Numbered from the stretch's first letter, positions 8,596 through 19,125 are shown. The stretch is DNA of 39,993 nt from an uncultured Acetobacteraceae bacterium (GCA_937874445.1 CALNAL010000143.1:1-39993), one strand, 5' to 3'. The notes: generated from the letters alone by a model not told the origin. Program-made: numbers and translations.

Positions 8596-9375
8596 ATGAA
8601 CGCTTCGAAAAAGCGGCGTGTTGCTCTTGTTACCGGCGGGAGGCGCGGCATCGGCCGGGCCATCGCCCGGCGGTTGGCGGGGGAGGGCTTCGATGTCGCG
8701 ATCACCGGAACCTCGCCCGCCGACGAGGTTTCACGTGCAGTGGTCGCCGGGCTCCAGTCTTCGGGGGCACGCGCATGCTACATTGCCGGGCGGACCGACG
8801 AACTGGAGGACCATGCCCGCGTGCTCGATGCGGTCGAGACAACCCTTGGACCGATCGACGTGTTGGTCTCCAACGCGGGCATTGCGCCGCCTCGGCGTTT
8901 GGATCTTCTCGAGACGACGCCGGAGAACTTCGACGTGGTGCTGGGGGTCAACCTGCGGGGCGCGTTCTTCCTCGCCCAGGCGGTGGCGCGACGCATGCTG
9001 GCCGTGGCGGCGGAGGGGAGCCGGTCGCTGGTTTTCGTCTCCTCCTGCTCGGCGGAAATGGTCTCGCTCAACCGGCTCGAATACTGCATCTCCAAGGCCG
9101 GACTCTCGATGGCGATCCAGGGGCTGGCGGCCCGGCTCGCCGGGGAGGGGATCGGCGTCTTCGAGGTGCGGCCGGGGATCATCCGCACCGACCTGACAGC
9201 GGGCGTCGCCGCACGCTACGATTCGGTGATCGGGGAGGGGCTGGTTCCGGCCAGGCGATGGGGCGAGGGCGAGGACGTCGCCGCCGCGGTCGCGGCGCTG
9301 GCGGGACCGGATCTGTTCTTCTCGACCGGCTCGGTTGTCAATGTCGATGGGGGACTGACCCTCAGCCGACTGTAG
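8596..9375 (+). CDS. Short-chain dehydrogenase/reductase ('3-ketoacyl-ACP reductase'-like)
   Basis: TGGRRGIG, VSNAG, YCISK, RPGIIRTD, VDGG. ATG 8596 after GGGAGG. Confidence 0.92.
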   Translation: MNASKKRRVALVTGGRRGIGRAIARRLAGEGFDVAITGTSPADEVSRAVVAGLQSSGARACYIAGRTDELEDHARVLDAVETTLGPIDVLVSNAGIAPPRRLDLLETTPENFDVVLGVNLRGAFFLAQAVARRMLAVAAEGSRSLVFVSSCSAEMVSLNRLEYCISKAGLSMAIQGLAARLAGEGIGVFEVRPGIIRTDLTAGVAARYDSVIGEGLVPARRWGEGEDVAAAVAALAGPDLFFSTGSVVNVDGGLTLSRL

Positions 9376-9533
9376 AGCCGGCGGGATTGCGCGGGGCACG
9401 CGGATCGGTCCGGGAAGCAGAGAGCCGGAACCTTCGCCGGGCGCCGAGGCGGAGGGAAAAGGCTCCATCCACATTCCAGAGCAGACGGCCGCGCACACGG
9501 AAGTTTCCGGCGTTTGCCGGCCGGACAATAAAC

Positions 9534-9547
9534 TATCCGGATGGATA
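9534..9547. promoter_or_regulatory. Inverted repeat TATCC-N4-GGATA upstream of the MFS gene (possible second operator)
   Basis: Palindrome within an AT-rich patch of the 9376-9599 gap. Confidence 0.35.
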
Positions 9548-9599
9548 ACAAAACAGATTGCCCCGGTGCAACGACACGGGGGTAGGAGGAATCGGAAGA

Positions 9600-10820
9600 A
9601 TGCAGACCAAGGCACAACAGATCCGGATCATCCTGACAGCCGTCCTGGGATGGATGCTCGACTCGTTCGATTTCTGCGTCATGTTGTTCGTCGTGACCGA
9701 TGTGGCCGCCGAGTTCCATGTCGGCATCACCGCGGTGACCTGGGCCGTGACCGCGACCCTGTTCCTGCGCGTGTTCGGGGCGGCGATCTTCGGGGCGCTC
9801 GCCGATCGCTTCGGCCGCAAGCCGCTGCTGATCGCCAACACGCTCGCCTTCTCGGTTTGCGAGGTGGCAAGCGGATTTTCGCCCAGTCTCGGGGCATTCC
9901 TGATGTTGCGTGCGCTTTACGGCATCGCCATGGGCGGCCAGTGGGGCATCGCGACCTCCTGGACCATCGAAAGCATCCCGGCCAACTGGCGGGGGTGGGC
10001 CTCCGGCCTGCTGGGCGCGGGGTATTCGGTCGGCTATCTGCTGGCCGGTCTGTTCTATGGCTTCGCCCATGACGCGCTCGGCTGGCGCGGCATGTTCATC
10101 GTCGCTGCCTTGCCGGCCCTCGTCGTGATCGGCCTGGCGGCCAGCGCCCCGGAAAGCCCCATCTGGCGCACGCAAAGCCACAAGCCCAAGCAGAGCACGG
10201 CCCTGATCCTGCGTTCCAACTGGAAGCTCTCGGCCTATGCCGTGATCCTGATGTTCGCGGCGGCCACCATGAGCCACGGCACCCAGGACCTCTACCCGGT
10301 GATGCTGCGGGTCCAGCACGGGCTGAACGCCCACGAGCTGGCCACCGTCGCCTCCGTCTACAGTATCGGCGGCATCCTCGGCTGCCTGTTCGGCGGCTCG
10401 CTGTCGCAGAAGATCGGACGGCGCCGGGAGCTGGTGCTGGCCTCGGCGCTGATGCTGGTGCTGATGCCCTTCTGGGGACTGTGCACCGGCCTCGTCGCGC
10501 TGACCGTGACGGCTTTCCTGATGCAGTTCCTGGTGCAATGCAGCTTCGGCACCATCCCCGCGCATCTCAACGAGATGTCTCCCCCGGGGATCCGCGGCAC
10601 CTTCCCCGGCGTCGCCTTCCAGTTCGGCAATATGCTGGCCGCCGGCAACGCAACCCTGCAGTCCGTGCTCGCCGACAAGCTCGACAAGAACTACGGCGTG
10701 GCTCTCTCCGTGATTGCCGCCGCCGGTGCGCTGGCCTTCTGCCTGCTGGCCTACTGGGGGCCGGACAAGTGCAACGTGGAGATGGGCGACGACGTGGCGG
10801 AGCGCCGCCCCTCGGCCTGA
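9600..10820 (+). CDS. MFS transporter, sialate:H+/carboxylate symporter (SHS; NanT/Jen1-like) family
   Basis: LGWMLDSFDF, motif A GALADRFGRK, RALYGIAMGGQW, SHGTQDLYP, IPAHLNEMSP..RG. About 12 hydrophobic segments. ATG 9600 after AGGAGG. Confidence 0.88.
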   Translation: MQTKAQQIRIILTAVLGWMLDSFDFCVMLFVVTDVAAEFHVGITAVTWAVTATLFLRVFGAAIFGALADRFGRKPLLIANTLAFSVCEVASGFSPSLGAFLMLRALYGIAMGGQWGIATSWTIESIPANWRGWASGLLGAGYSVGYLLAGLFYGFAHDALGWRGMFIVAALPALVVIGLAASAPESPIWRTQSHKPKQSTALILRSNWKLSAYAVILMFAAATMSHGTQDLYPVMLRVQHGLNAHELATVASVYSIGGILGCLFGGSLSQKIGRRRELVLASALMLVLMPFWGLCTGLVALTVTAFLMQFLVQCSFGTIPAHLNEMSPPGIRGTFPGVAFQFGNMLAAGNATLQSVLADKLDKNYGVALSVIAAAGALAFCLLAYWGPDKCNVEMGDDVAERRPSA

Positions 10821-10869
10821 GCGGCGCCCCCCGATCGCGGAATGCTCCCGGGAGGCCTCTTCCGGCCTT

Positions 10870-10911
10870 CCGGGGAAAGAGGCAGGATGGCCGGGGAAAG
10901 AGGCAGGATGG
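10870..10911. repeat. Perfect 21-bp tandem duplication (CCGGGGAAAGAGGCAGGATGG x2)
   Basis: Read directly: 10870-10890 and 10891-10911. Confidence 0.9.
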
Positions 10912-11042
10912 GGGCGCCGTCCGGTGGGCTCCGCGGCTGTTCCAGGCGCGGGGCCTCCGCGCAGGCGGCTTCCCCGGGCTTCCTGGCGCGCGGCCCGGGG
11001 TCCTGGACGCGTGGAAGGCGCGTGCTTCGGACGCGTCGCCGC

Positions 11043-11071
11043 TTGACAGGCGGCAACGGGGCGGTCATAAG
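11043..11071 (+). promoter_or_regulatory. Sigma70 promoter of the ffh operon (TTGACA-N17-CATAAG)
   Basis: Perfect -35 at 11043-11048, 17-bp spacer, alphaproteobacterial-style -10 lacking the final T. Confidence 0.65.
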
Positions 11072-11086
11072 CCCGGCTCCACGTTT

Positions 11087-11165
11087 CGTCGGTCCGCGAG
11101 GGTTCGCGCACCGACGCATTTTTTGTTGTCCCCGGTGTCCTTCGAGGAGGGCGCCCTCCAGCGGG
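11087..11165 (+). ncRNA. Structured 5' leader of ffh (two hairpins separated by a U-tract; probable ffh leader RNA)
   Basis: CGTCGGT-c-CGCGA / TCGCG-c-ACCGACG stem (11087-11116), then CATTTTTTG, then a GGTGTCCTT/GAGGGCGCC stem. A conserved ffh leader is described in alphaproteobacteria, but a match was not computed. Confidence 0.5.
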
Positions 11166-11179
11166 GTGAGGTTCGCGTC

Positions 11180-12556
11180 GTGTTCGAAAGCCTCTCAGGC
11201 AAGCTCTCCGGCGTCTTCGACCGCCTGCGCGGTCGTGGCGCCCTCAGCGAATCCGACGTCGCCGAGGCCCTGCGCGAGGTCCGCCTCGCCCTGCTCGATG
11301 CCGATGTCGCCCTGCCGGTGGTGCGCGACTTCATCGCCGCGGTGCGCGAGCGGGCGGTGGGCCAGGAAGTGCTGGCCTCGGTCTCGCCCGGACAGCAGGT
11401 CGTCAAGATCGTCAACGACGCGCTGGTCGAGCAGCTCGGCGGCGCCGGTGCGGTCGGGCTCAATCTCAATGCCCCGGCGCCGATCGCCATTCTGATGGTC
11501 GGCCTGCAGGGCTCGGGCAAGACCACCACCTCGGCCAAGATCGCGCTGCGGCTTACCTCCAAGCTGCGCAAGAAGGTCCTGCTCGCCTCGCTCGATACCC
11601 AGCGCCCCGCCGCCCAGCTCCAGCTCGCCCAGCTCGCCGAACAGGCCGGCGTGGCCTCGCTGCCCATCGTCGCCGGGCAGACCCCGTTGCAGATCGCCGC
11701 CCGCGCCATGGAGACGGCGCGGCGCGAGGTGTTCGATGTGGTGCTACTCGACACCGCCGGCCGCCTCGCCATCGACCAGGTGCTGATGGACGAGGTGAAG
11801 GCCGTTCGCGAGGCCACCCATCCCGTCGAGACGCTGCTGGTGGTCGATGCCATGACCGGCCAGGACTCGGTGAACACCGCGCGCGCCTTCAACGAGGCGG
11901 TCGGGGTCTCCGGCATCGTCATGACCCGCATGGACGGCGATGCCCGCGGCGGCGCGGCGCTCTCCATGCGGGCGGTGACGGGCGCGCCGATCAAGCTGGT
12001 CGGCATCGGCGAGAAGATCGACGCGCTGGAGGAATTCCACCCCGAGCGCGTGGCCGGCCGCATCCTCGGCATGGGCGACGTGGTCGGGCTGGTCGAGAAG
12101 GCCGCCGAGACCCTCGACGAGCAGGAGGCGGAGGCGCTTGGCCGCAAGATGGCCAAGGGGACCTTCGACCTCGAGGACTACGCCAAGCAGCTGCGCCAGA
12201 TCGGCAAGATGGGCAGCATGTCCTCCATCCTCGGCATGTTGCCGGGGGCGGGCAAGATCAAGGCGCAGCTCGAGGCCGCCGGCAAGGCCGACCTCGACAA
12301 GACCGTGCTCAAGCGCCAGGCCGCCATCATCTCCTCGATGACGCCCCGCGAGCGGCGCGCCCCCGACGTCATCAAGGCAAGCCGCAAGAAGCGGATCGCC
12401 GCCGGCTCCGGCACCTCGGTGCAGGAGGTCAACAAGCTGCTCAAGCAGTTCGACGACATGACGCACATGATGAAGCGCATGAACAAGCTCGGCCAGAAGG
12501 GGCTGATGCGCCACGGATTGGGCGCGCTGCTTCCGGGCGGGCGTCGTCCGTTCTGA
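11180..12556 (+). CDS. ffh: Signal recognition particle protein Ffh
   Basis: MFESLSGKL start (GTG 11180), [37 protein letters not shown]. Confidence 0.97.
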   Translation: MFESLSGKLSGVFDRLRGRGALSESDVAEALREVRLALLDADVALPVVRDFIAAVRERAVGQEVLASVSPGQQVVKIVNDALVEQLGGAGAVGLNLNAPAPIAILMVGLQGSGKTTTSAKIALRLTSKLRKKVLLASLDTQRPAAQLQLAQLAEQAGVASLPIVAGQTPLQIAARAMETARREVFDVVLLDTAGRLAIDQVLMDEVKAVREATHPVETLLVVDAMTGQDSVNTARAFNEAVGVSGIVMTRMDGDARGGAALSMRAVTGAPIKLVGIGEKIDALEEFHPERVAGRILGMGDVVGLVEKAAETLDEQEAEALGRKMAKGTFDLEDYAKQLRQIGKMGSMSSILGMLPGAGKIKAQLEAAGKADLDKTVLKRQAAIISSMTPRERRAPDVIKASRKKRIAAGSGTSVQEVNKLLKQFDDMTHMMKRMNKLGQKGLMRHGLGALLPGGRRPF

Positions 12557-12615
12557 GTTCTGCCACCCTAGAATTTTCCACGCATTCCAACGCAAACACG
12601 GAGACTGAACACAAC

Positions 12616-12957
12616 ATGGGCCTGAAGATTCGCCTCGCCCGCGCCGGCGCCAAGAAGCGGCCGTACTACCACATCGTGGTGGCCGACTCCGCCTCCCCCC
12701 GTGACGGGCGCTTCATCGAAAAGGTGGGCTCCTACAACCCGATGCTGCCGCTCGAGCACGAGGATCGCGTGCGCCTGCAGGCCGAGCGCATCACCCATTG
12801 GCTGAGCAAGGGCGCCCTGGCCACCGAGCGCGTCGCCCGCTTCCTCGGCAAGGCCGGGCTGGCGCCGATGCCCGCCTGGCATGAGCAGCCCAAGCAGTCC
12901 GCCCCGCGCAAGAAGGCGCAGGAGCGTGCCGCCGAGGCCGCCAAGGTCGCCGGCTGA
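12616..12957 (+). CDS. rpsP: 30S ribosomal protein S16
   Basis: [31 protein letters not shown]; synteny. Confidence 0.97.
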   Translation: MGLKIRLARAGAKKRPYYHIVVADSASPRDGRFIEKVGSYNPMLPLEHEDRVRLQAERITHWLSKGALATERVARFLGKAGLAPMPAWHEQPKQSAPRKKAQERAAEAAKVAG

Positions 12958-12967
12958 GCACTGAGAG

Positions 12968-13492
12968 GTGGACGGGCGCCGCATCCTGATGGGGGTCGTG
13001 GGCAAGCCGCATGGCGTGCGGGGGCTGGTGCATGTGCACAGCTATACCGAGACGCCCGAGGCGCTGCCCGGCTATGGCCCCTTCGACGACGGCCACGGGC
13101 GCCGCTTCGCGCTCTCCTGGCGCGGCCCCGTCGGGGATGGCGGCGAGGGCGTGGCGGCGCTGGCGGAGATCGCCGACGGCAAGCCGGTTCCGGTGACCGA
13201 TCGCACGGCCGCCGAGAAGCTGGTGAACATGTGCCTCTACGCCGCGCGGGACGCGCTGCCCGAGACCGACGACGACGAGTTCTATCTCGCCGACCTCGTC
13301 GGGCTCGAGGCGGTGGATGCCGCCGGCGCGGCCCTGGGCAAGGTGGTGGCGGTGCATGACCATGGCGCCGGCGCCTTCCTTGAGGTCGGGCCGATGATGG
13401 TGCCTTTCACCCGCGCCGCGGTGCCCGAGATCGACCTCGCGGGGAGACGCATCGTCATCGTCCCGCCGGCCGAGGTGGAGGCACGTCCATGA
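12968..13492 (+). CDS. rimM: Ribosome maturation factor RimM
   Basis: [27 protein letters not shown]; synteny. Confidence 0.95.
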   Translation: MDGRRILMGVVGKPHGVRGLVHVHSYTETPEALPGYGPFDDGHGRRFALSWRGPVGDGGEGVAALAEIADGKPVPVTDRTAAEKLVNMCLYAARDALPETDDDEFYLADLVGLEAVDAAGAALGKVVAVHDHGAGAFLEVGPMMVPFTRAAVPEIDLAGRRIVIVPPAEVEARP

Positions 13493-14271
13493 GCCCGCAG
13501 GCTGCGACTCCGCGGGCTCCCTGGCGGGCCTCTGTGCTGACCCTCTTTCCCGAGGTCTTTCCCGGACCGCTCGGCGCCTCGCTGGCCGGGCGGGCGCTCG
13601 GGGAAGGGATCTGGTCGTGCGCGGCGCACGACATCCGGGCCCACGCCACCGATCGCCACCGCACGGTGGACGATACGCCCTTCGGCGGCGGCGCGGGCAT
13701 GGTGATGCGCCCCGACGTGCTGGATGCCGCCCTCGGCGCGGTGGCCGACGATCGCCCGGCGATCGTGCTGACCCCGCGCGGCGTGCCGTTGACCCAGGCG
13801 CGGGTGCAGGCCCTCGCCGACGGTCCCGGCGTGGTGCTGCTGTGCGGCCGCTACGAGGGAATCGACCAGCGTGTCATCGAGGCGCGCGGGCTCGAAGAGG
13901 TCAGCATCGGCGACTTCGTGCTCTCCGGCGGCGAGCTGGCGGCCATGGTGCTGCTCGACGCCTGCGTCCGGCTGCTGCCGGGCGTGATGGGGGCGGCCGA
14001 GAGCGCCGAGGAGGAGAGCTTCACCGCCGGGCTGCTCGAATATCCCCACTACACCCGCCCCGCCGTCTGGCAGGAGCGGGGCGTGCCCGAGGTGCTGCTC
14101 AGCGGCAACCATGCCGCCGTCGCCGCGTGGCGGCGCGAGCAGGCCGAACGCATCACCCGCGAACGCCGCCCCGACCTGTGGGCGGCCCAGACGGCCCATT
14201 CCGATACAACCCATTGCGATGCCGGCATGTCCGGCACTGCCCGAGAGAAAACCGAGAGGACCCCGTTATGA
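13489..14271 (+). CDS. trmD: tRNA (guanine37-N1)-methyltransferase
   Basis: [44 protein letters not shown]. Confidence 0.97.
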   Translation: MSPQAATPRAPWRASVLTLFPEVFPGPLGASLAGRALGEGIWSCAAHDIRAHATDRHRTVDDTPFGGGAGMVMRPDVLDAALGAVADDRPAIVLTPRGVPLTQARVQALADGPGVVLLCGRYEGIDQRVIEARGLEEVSIGDFVLSGGELAAMVLLDACVRLLPGVMGAAESAEEESFTAGLLEYPHYTRPAVWQERGVPEVLLSGNHAAVAAWRREQAERITRERRPDLWAAQTAHSDTTHCDAGMSGTAREKTERTPL

Positions 14272-14708
14272 ACATCATCCAGCAGATCGAGGCCGAGCAG
14301 GTCGCCCGTCTCGTTGCCGACCGCCCGGTGCCCGACTTCCGCCCCGGCGACACGCTGCGCGTGTCGGTGAAGGTAGTCGAGGGCGAGCGCACCCGTCTGC
14401 AGGCCTTCGAGGGCGTGTGCATCGCCCGCTCCAACAAGGGGCTGAACTCCAACTTCACCGTGCGCAAGATCAGCTACGGCGAGGGCGTGGAGCGCGTGTT
14501 CCAGCTCTATGCGCCGACCATCGCGGCGATCGAGGTGGTGCGTCACGGCGACGTGCGCCGCGCCAAGCTGTATTACCTGCGCGGTCGCCGCGGCAAGTCG
14601 GCCCGCATCGCCGAGCGCGGCCGCGACCTGAACGCCGTCGCCACCCCCGCCGAGGGCGCCGCTCCCGCCGAGGCCCCGGCCGCAGCGCCGGAGCAGCCCG
14701 CCTCCTGA
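14268..14708 (+). CDS. rplS: 50S ribosomal protein L19
   Basis: [44 protein letters not shown] 14268 overlaps the trmD stop. Confidence 0.97.
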   Translation: MNIIQQIEAEQVARLVADRPVPDFRPGDTLRVSVKVVEGERTRLQAFEGVCIARSNKGLNSNFTVRKISYGEGVERVFQLYAPTIAAIEVVRHGDVRRAKLYYLRGRRGKSARIAERGRDLNAVATPAEGAAPAEAPAAAPEQPAS

Positions 14709-14741
14709 CCGGGGCGGGAAGACACGGGTAAGGAGACGTCG

Positions 14742-16157
14742 ATGCCAGAAACGCAGAAACCACGCACGTTGTTCGACAAGGTATGGGATGCCCATGTCGT
14801 CGAGCGATTGCCTGACGGGACCTGCGTTCTCTACATCGACCGCCACCTCGTCCACGAGGTCACCAGTCCGCAGGCCTTCGAGGGCCTGCGGATGGCTGGC
14901 CGCGCGGTGCGCCGCCCCGAGGCGACGCTCGCGGTGGTGGACCACAACGTGCCCACCGCCGATCGTCGCAACGGTATTTCCGAGCCGCAGAGCCGCCTGC
15001 AGGTGGAGACGCTCGAGCAGAACGTCGCCGCTTTCGGCGTGCCCTACATCCCGCTGCTCGACGCGCGCCAGGGCATCGTGCACGTGATCGGGCCGGAGCT
15101 GGGCGCCTCGCTGCCGGGCATGACCATCGTCTGCGGCGATTCCCACACCGCTACCCACGGCGCGTTGGGCGCGCTCGCCTTCGGCATCGGCACCTCCGAG
15201 GTCGAGCATGTGCTGGCGACCCAGACCCTGCTGCAGAAGCCGGCAAAGAACATGCTGGTGCGGGTGGACGGCACCCTCGGCCGCGGGGTCACGGCCAAGG
15301 ATGTGGTGCTGGCCGTCATCGGCCGCATCGGCACCGCCGGTGGCACCGGCCACGTGATCGAGTTCGCCGGCTCGGCGATCCGCGCGCTCGACATGGCCGG
15401 CCGCATGACGGTGTGCAACATGGCCATCGAGGCGGGCGCGCGGGCCGGCATGGTCGCCCCCGACGAGACCACCTTCGCCTACGTGCGGGGACGGCCCTTC
15501 GCGCCGCAGGGCGCGGCGCTGGAGCAGGCCATCGCCTACTGGCGCACGCTGCCCTCCGATGCAGGCGCCGCCTACGAGAAAACCGTGGCGCTCGACGCGA
15601 CGGAGATCGTCCCGATGGTGACATGGGGCACCAACCCCGAGGCCGTGGTGGCGATCACCGGTCGCGTGCCCGACCCCGCCGCCGAGACCGATACGGCCCG
15701 CCGCGCGCAGATGCAGCGCATGATCGCCTACATGGGCCTCCAGCCTGGCCAGGAGATGCAAAGCGTGCCGGTGGACGTGGTGTTCGTCGGCTCCTGCACC
15801 AACGGCCGCATCGAGGACATCCGTGCCGTCGCCGCCGTGGCGAAGGGGCGCCACGTGGCCGAGGGCGTGCGCGCGCTGGTGGTGCCGGGCTCGGGGCTGG
15901 TGAAGCAGCAGGCCGAGGCGGAGGGGCTCGATCGCATCCTCCGCGAGGCCGGCTTCGAATGGCGCGAGCCGGGCTGCTCGATGTGCCTGGGCATGAACCC
16001 CGACCAGCTTGCCCCGGGGCAACGTTGCGCTTCAACATCGAATCGCAATTTCGAGGGACGGCAGGGACCCGGCGGACGCACCCACCTGGTCTCGCCGGCG
16101 ATGGCCGCCGCCGCCGCCGTCACCGGCCACCTCGCCGACGTGCGGGAGATGTCGTGA
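14742..16157 (+). CDS. leuC: 3-isopropylmalate dehydratase large subunit
   Basis: [47 protein letters not shown]. Confidence 0.97.
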   Translation: MPETQKPRTLFDKVWDAHVVERLPDGTCVLYIDRHLVHEVTSPQAFEGLRMAGRAVRRPEATLAVVDHNVPTADRRNGISEPQSRLQVETLEQNVAAFGVPYIPLLDARQGIVHVIGPELGASLPGMTIVCGDSHTATHGALGALAFGIGTSEVEHVLATQTLLQKPAKNMLVRVDGTLGRGVTAKDVVLAVIGRIGTAGGTGHVIEFAGSAIRALDMAGRMTVCNMAIEAGARAGMVAPDETTFAYVRGRPFAPQGAALEQAIAYWRTLPSDAGAAYEKTVALDATEIVPMVTWGTNPEAVVAITGRVPDPAAETDTARRAQMQRMIAYMGLQPGQEMQSVPVDVVFVGSCTNGRIEDIRAVAAVAKGRHVAEGVRALVVPGSGLVKQQAEAEGLDRILREAGFEWREPGCSMCLGMNPDQLAPGQRCASTSNRNFEGRQGPGGRTHLVSPAMAAAAAVTGHLADVREMS

Positions 16158-16777
16158 TGGACGCCTTCACCAAGCTCACCGCCGTCGCCGCGCCGCTGCC
16201 GATGGCCAATGTCGATACCGACAAGATCATTCCCGCGCGCTTCCTCAAGACCATCAAGCGCACCGGCCTGGGCGTGCATCTGCTCGACACGCTGCGCTAC
16301 GACGAGAGCGGCGCCGAGCGGCCCGACTTCGTGCTCAACCGCGAGCCCTATCGCAAGGCGCAGATCCTCATCGCCCACGAGAATTTCGGCTGCGGTTCCT
16401 CGCGCGAGCATGCCCCCTGGGCGCTGCGGGACTTCGGCATCCGCTGCGTGATCGCACCGGATTTCGCCGACATCTTCTTCAACAACAGCTTCAAGAACGG
16501 CATCCTGCTGATCCGCCTGCCGCGCGCGGTGTGCGACACGCTGATGGGTGATGCCGGGATGGGCGGCAACGCGCGGCTGACCGTCGATCTCGCCCGCCAG
16601 GTGGTGGTGCGTCCGAACGGCGAGGAGATCGCCTTCGAGATCGACCCATTCCGCAAGCACCTGCTGCTCAACGGCCTCGACGACATCGGCCAGACCTTGC
16701 AGCATGCGCCGCAGATCGAGTCCTACGAAACCCGGCGCCGCGCCGAGAAGCCGTGGCTGCCGAGCATCGCCATCTAG
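16157..16777 (+). CDS. leuD: 3-isopropylmalate dehydratase small subunit
   Basis: [37 protein letters not shown] 16157. Confidence 0.97.
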   Translation: MDAFTKLTAVAAPLPMANVDTDKIIPARFLKTIKRTGLGVHLLDTLRYDESGAERPDFVLNREPYRKAQILIAHENFGCGSSREHAPWALRDFGIRCVIAPDFADIFFNNSFKNGILLIRLPRAVCDTLMGDAGMGGNARLTVDLARQVVVRPNGEEIAFEIDPFRKHLLLNGLDDIGQTLQHAPQIESYETRRRAEKPWLPSIAI

Positions 16778-16904
16778 TGTCCCGACCCGAGCCTCGCGGC
16801 CTGCGGAATCAGGACACTCTCTTTATTGTTCGCGTGGCCTGTTGATCCGCTCCTCCCGTCGCGGTGCGGCGAGCGGAGCGGGCAGGACACGAGGGGAGCG
16901 CATC

Positions 16905-18017
16905 ATGTCTGCCAACAAGAAGCTGCTGATCCTGCCCGGCGACGGCATCGGGCCGGAGATCATGCGCGAGGTGCGGCGCGTGATCGACTGGATGGACCGT
17001 CGCGGCCTTGTGCATTTCGATCTGCAGGAGGACCTCGTCGGCGGTGCCTCGCTCGACGTGCACGGCGTGCCGCTGACCGATGCCTGCCTCGCCCGCGCCC
17101 GCGCCGCCGATGCGGTGCTGTTCGGCGCGGTGGGCGGGCCGCAATACGCCAGCTTCGGTTTCGACAAGCGGCCCGAGCTGGCCATCCTCGGACTGCGCGC
17201 CGGGCTCGGGCTGTTTGCCAACCTGCGTCCCGCGCAGGTGTTCGACGCGCTCGCCGCGGCCTCCACCCTCAAGCCCGAGATCGTGCGCGGGCTCGACATC
17301 ATGATCGTGCGCGAGAGCACCGGCGGCATCTACTTCGGCCAGCCGCGCGGCATCGAGACCCTGCCCGACGGCACGCAGCGCGGCATCAACACCGAGGTCT
17401 ATACCACCGCCGAGATCACGCGCGTGGCGCGCGTGGCCTTCGAGATGGCGCGCCAGCGGCAGGGGCGGGTGACCTCGGTGGAGAAATCCAACGTGATGGA
17501 GAGCGGCCTGCTGTGGCGCCAGACCGTGCAGGCGCTGCACGATGCCGAATACGCCGATGTCGCGCTCACGCACATGTACGCCGACAACTGCGCGATGCAG
17601 CTGGTGCGCGCGCCGCGGCAGTTCGATGTGATCCTCACCTCGAACCTGTTCGGCGACCTGCTCTCCGATCTCGCCTCGATGCTGACCGGCTCGCTCGGCA
17701 TGCTCGCCTCGGCGACGCTGGGGGCGGCCGATGCCGCGGGGCGCCGTCCCGCGCTCTACGAGCCGATCCATGGCAGTGCGCCCGACATCGCGGGCCGGGG
17801 GATCGCCAATCCGCTTGCGCAGATCCTCAGCTTTGCGATGCTGCTGCGCTATTCCTTCGCCCTGGAGAAGGAGGCCGCGCTGGTCGAGCGGGCCGTTGCC
17901 GCCACGCTGAGCGCGGGGCTGCGCACCGCCGATATCATGGCCCCGGGCTGCACGCAGCTGGGCACCACGGCCATGGGCGATGCGGTGCTGCGCGAACTCG
18001 ACAAGCTCGCCGCCTGA
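16905..18017 (+). CDS. leuB: 3-isopropylmalate dehydrogenase
   Basis: [52 protein letters not shown] 16905. Confidence 0.97.
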   Translation: MSANKKLLILPGDGIGPEIMREVRRVIDWMDRRGLVHFDLQEDLVGGASLDVHGVPLTDACLARARAADAVLFGAVGGPQYASFGFDKRPELAILGLRAGLGLFANLRPAQVFDALAAASTLKPEIVRGLDIMIVRESTGGIYFGQPRGIETLPDGTQRGINTEVYTTAEITRVARVAFEMARQRQGRVTSVEKSNVMESGLLWRQTVQALHDAEYADVALTHMYADNCAMQLVRAPRQFDVILTSNLFGDLLSDLASMLTGSLGMLASATLGAADAAGRRPALYEPIHGSAPDIAGRGIANPLAQILSFAMLLRYSFALEKEAALVERAVAATLSAGLRTADIMAPGCTQLGTTAMGDAVLRELDKLAA

Positions 18018-18024
18018 GCCGCGC

Positions 18025-19125
18025 ATGGTGCCGCCTCCACCCCACGACCCATCGCGTGGCCCGTCGGGTGCGCCGCTGGCACTGATCGAGCGTGCGCTGG
18101 TGCTGATGCTGCTGGCCGCGCTGCTGCTGGGCGTGGCCGAGGTGCTGCGCCCATTCGTCACCGCCATTCTCTTCGGCGCCATTCTTGCCGTGGCGGCGTG
18201 GCCTCTGCGCGAGCGGCTGGTGCGACGGATGCCGCGCGGCGCGGCGGCGGCGTGCCTGCTGGGGCTGGCGCTGGCCGTGCTGGTGTTGCCGGCGCTGGCG
18301 ATCGCGCCCGGCCTGACGCAGCAGATTTCGCGCGGGGGCGAACGTCTGGCGACCACGCTTGCCACTTTGCCGAGCACGGCGCCGGACTGGGTGGCCGCCG
18401 TGCCGCTGGTGGGCGGCCAGCTCGCCGGGGTGTGGGAGAATGTGGCGGGCGGACAGTTCGACCTCGTGAGAGCGCTGGCACCGTACTCCGCGCGGCTGCG
18501 TGGGACGCTGGTGGCGGTGGCGGCGGGGCTGGCCGACAGCCTGCTGCAACTGGTGCTCGCACTCGCCGTCGCCACCATGCTGTGGATTCATGGCCGCGAG
18601 CTGCTGGAGGTTCTCGACGACGTGCTGCGCCGTCTCGGCGGCGCGGCGGCGGTGGCCGCGTTGCGGGCGGCCGGCGGGGCGCTGCGCGGCGTCGCCTACG
18701 GCGTGGTGGGCACGGCCGCGCTGCAGGGGATGATGATGGGCGCGGGGCTCGGCCTGGCCGGCGTGCACGGGGCCGGGAGCTACGGCTTCGTGACGCTGCT
18801 GCTGGCGCTGAGCCAGATCGGCTCGCCGCTGATCTATCTGCTCGGCCTCGGCTGGGCCTGGGCAAGCCTGCACGCGGGCGCGGTGGGCTGGGGGATTTTT
18901 CTCGTCGTCTGGACGCTGCTGGTGGGGGCGGCCGACCACGTGGTGCGGCCGTGGCTGATCAGCTTCGGCGGACGCTTGCCGCTCACGCTGGTGATTCTCG
19001 GCGTGTTTGGCGGCTTTCTCTCGTTCGGTTTCCTCGGGCTGTTCATCGGACCGGGGCTGCTCGCGGTGGCCTTCTCGCTGCTGGCCGCCTGGCGGAGTGG
19101 CGTCGGTCAGGTCCCGCCGCGATAG
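18025..19125 (+). CDS. AI-2E family transporter (YdiK-like)
   Basis: Multiple TM segments; DHVVRPWLI, ILGVFGGFLSFGFLGLFIGP family motif. Confidence 0.88.
   Translation: MVPPPPHDPSRGPSGAPLALIERALVLMLLAALLLGVAEVLRPFVTAILFGAILAVAAWPLRERLVRRMPRGAAAACLLGLALAVLVLPALAIAPGLTQQISRGGERLATTLATLPSTAPDWVAAVPLVGGQLAGVWENVAGGQFDLVRALAPYSARLRGTLVAVAAGLADSLLQLVLALAVATMLWIHGRELLEVLDDVLRRLGGAAAVAALRAAGGALRGVAYGVVGTAALQGMMMGAGLGLAGVHGAGSYGFVTLLLALSQIGSPLIYLLGLGWAWASLHAGAVGWGIFLVVWTLLVGAADHVVRPWLISFGGRLPLTLVILGVFGGFLSFGFLGLFIGPGLLAVAFSLLAAWRSGVGQVPPR

Noticed and set aside
9520-9532. GCCGGACAATAAA also present at 32894-32906
   Set aside because: Short, non-palindromic, and in opposite orientation relative to the MFS and fdhF genes.
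10481-11179. N-terminal extensions of Ffh (and likewise of the SDR, RplS, LeuD, TrmO and surface-antigen ORFs in the track)
   Set aside because: Upstream open frames overlap other genes or promoters. Family-typical starts lie downstream.
14190-14271. C-terminal extension of TrmD reaching the rplS start
   Set aside because: A variable tail producing an ordinary ATGA coupling, with no sign of an extra domain.
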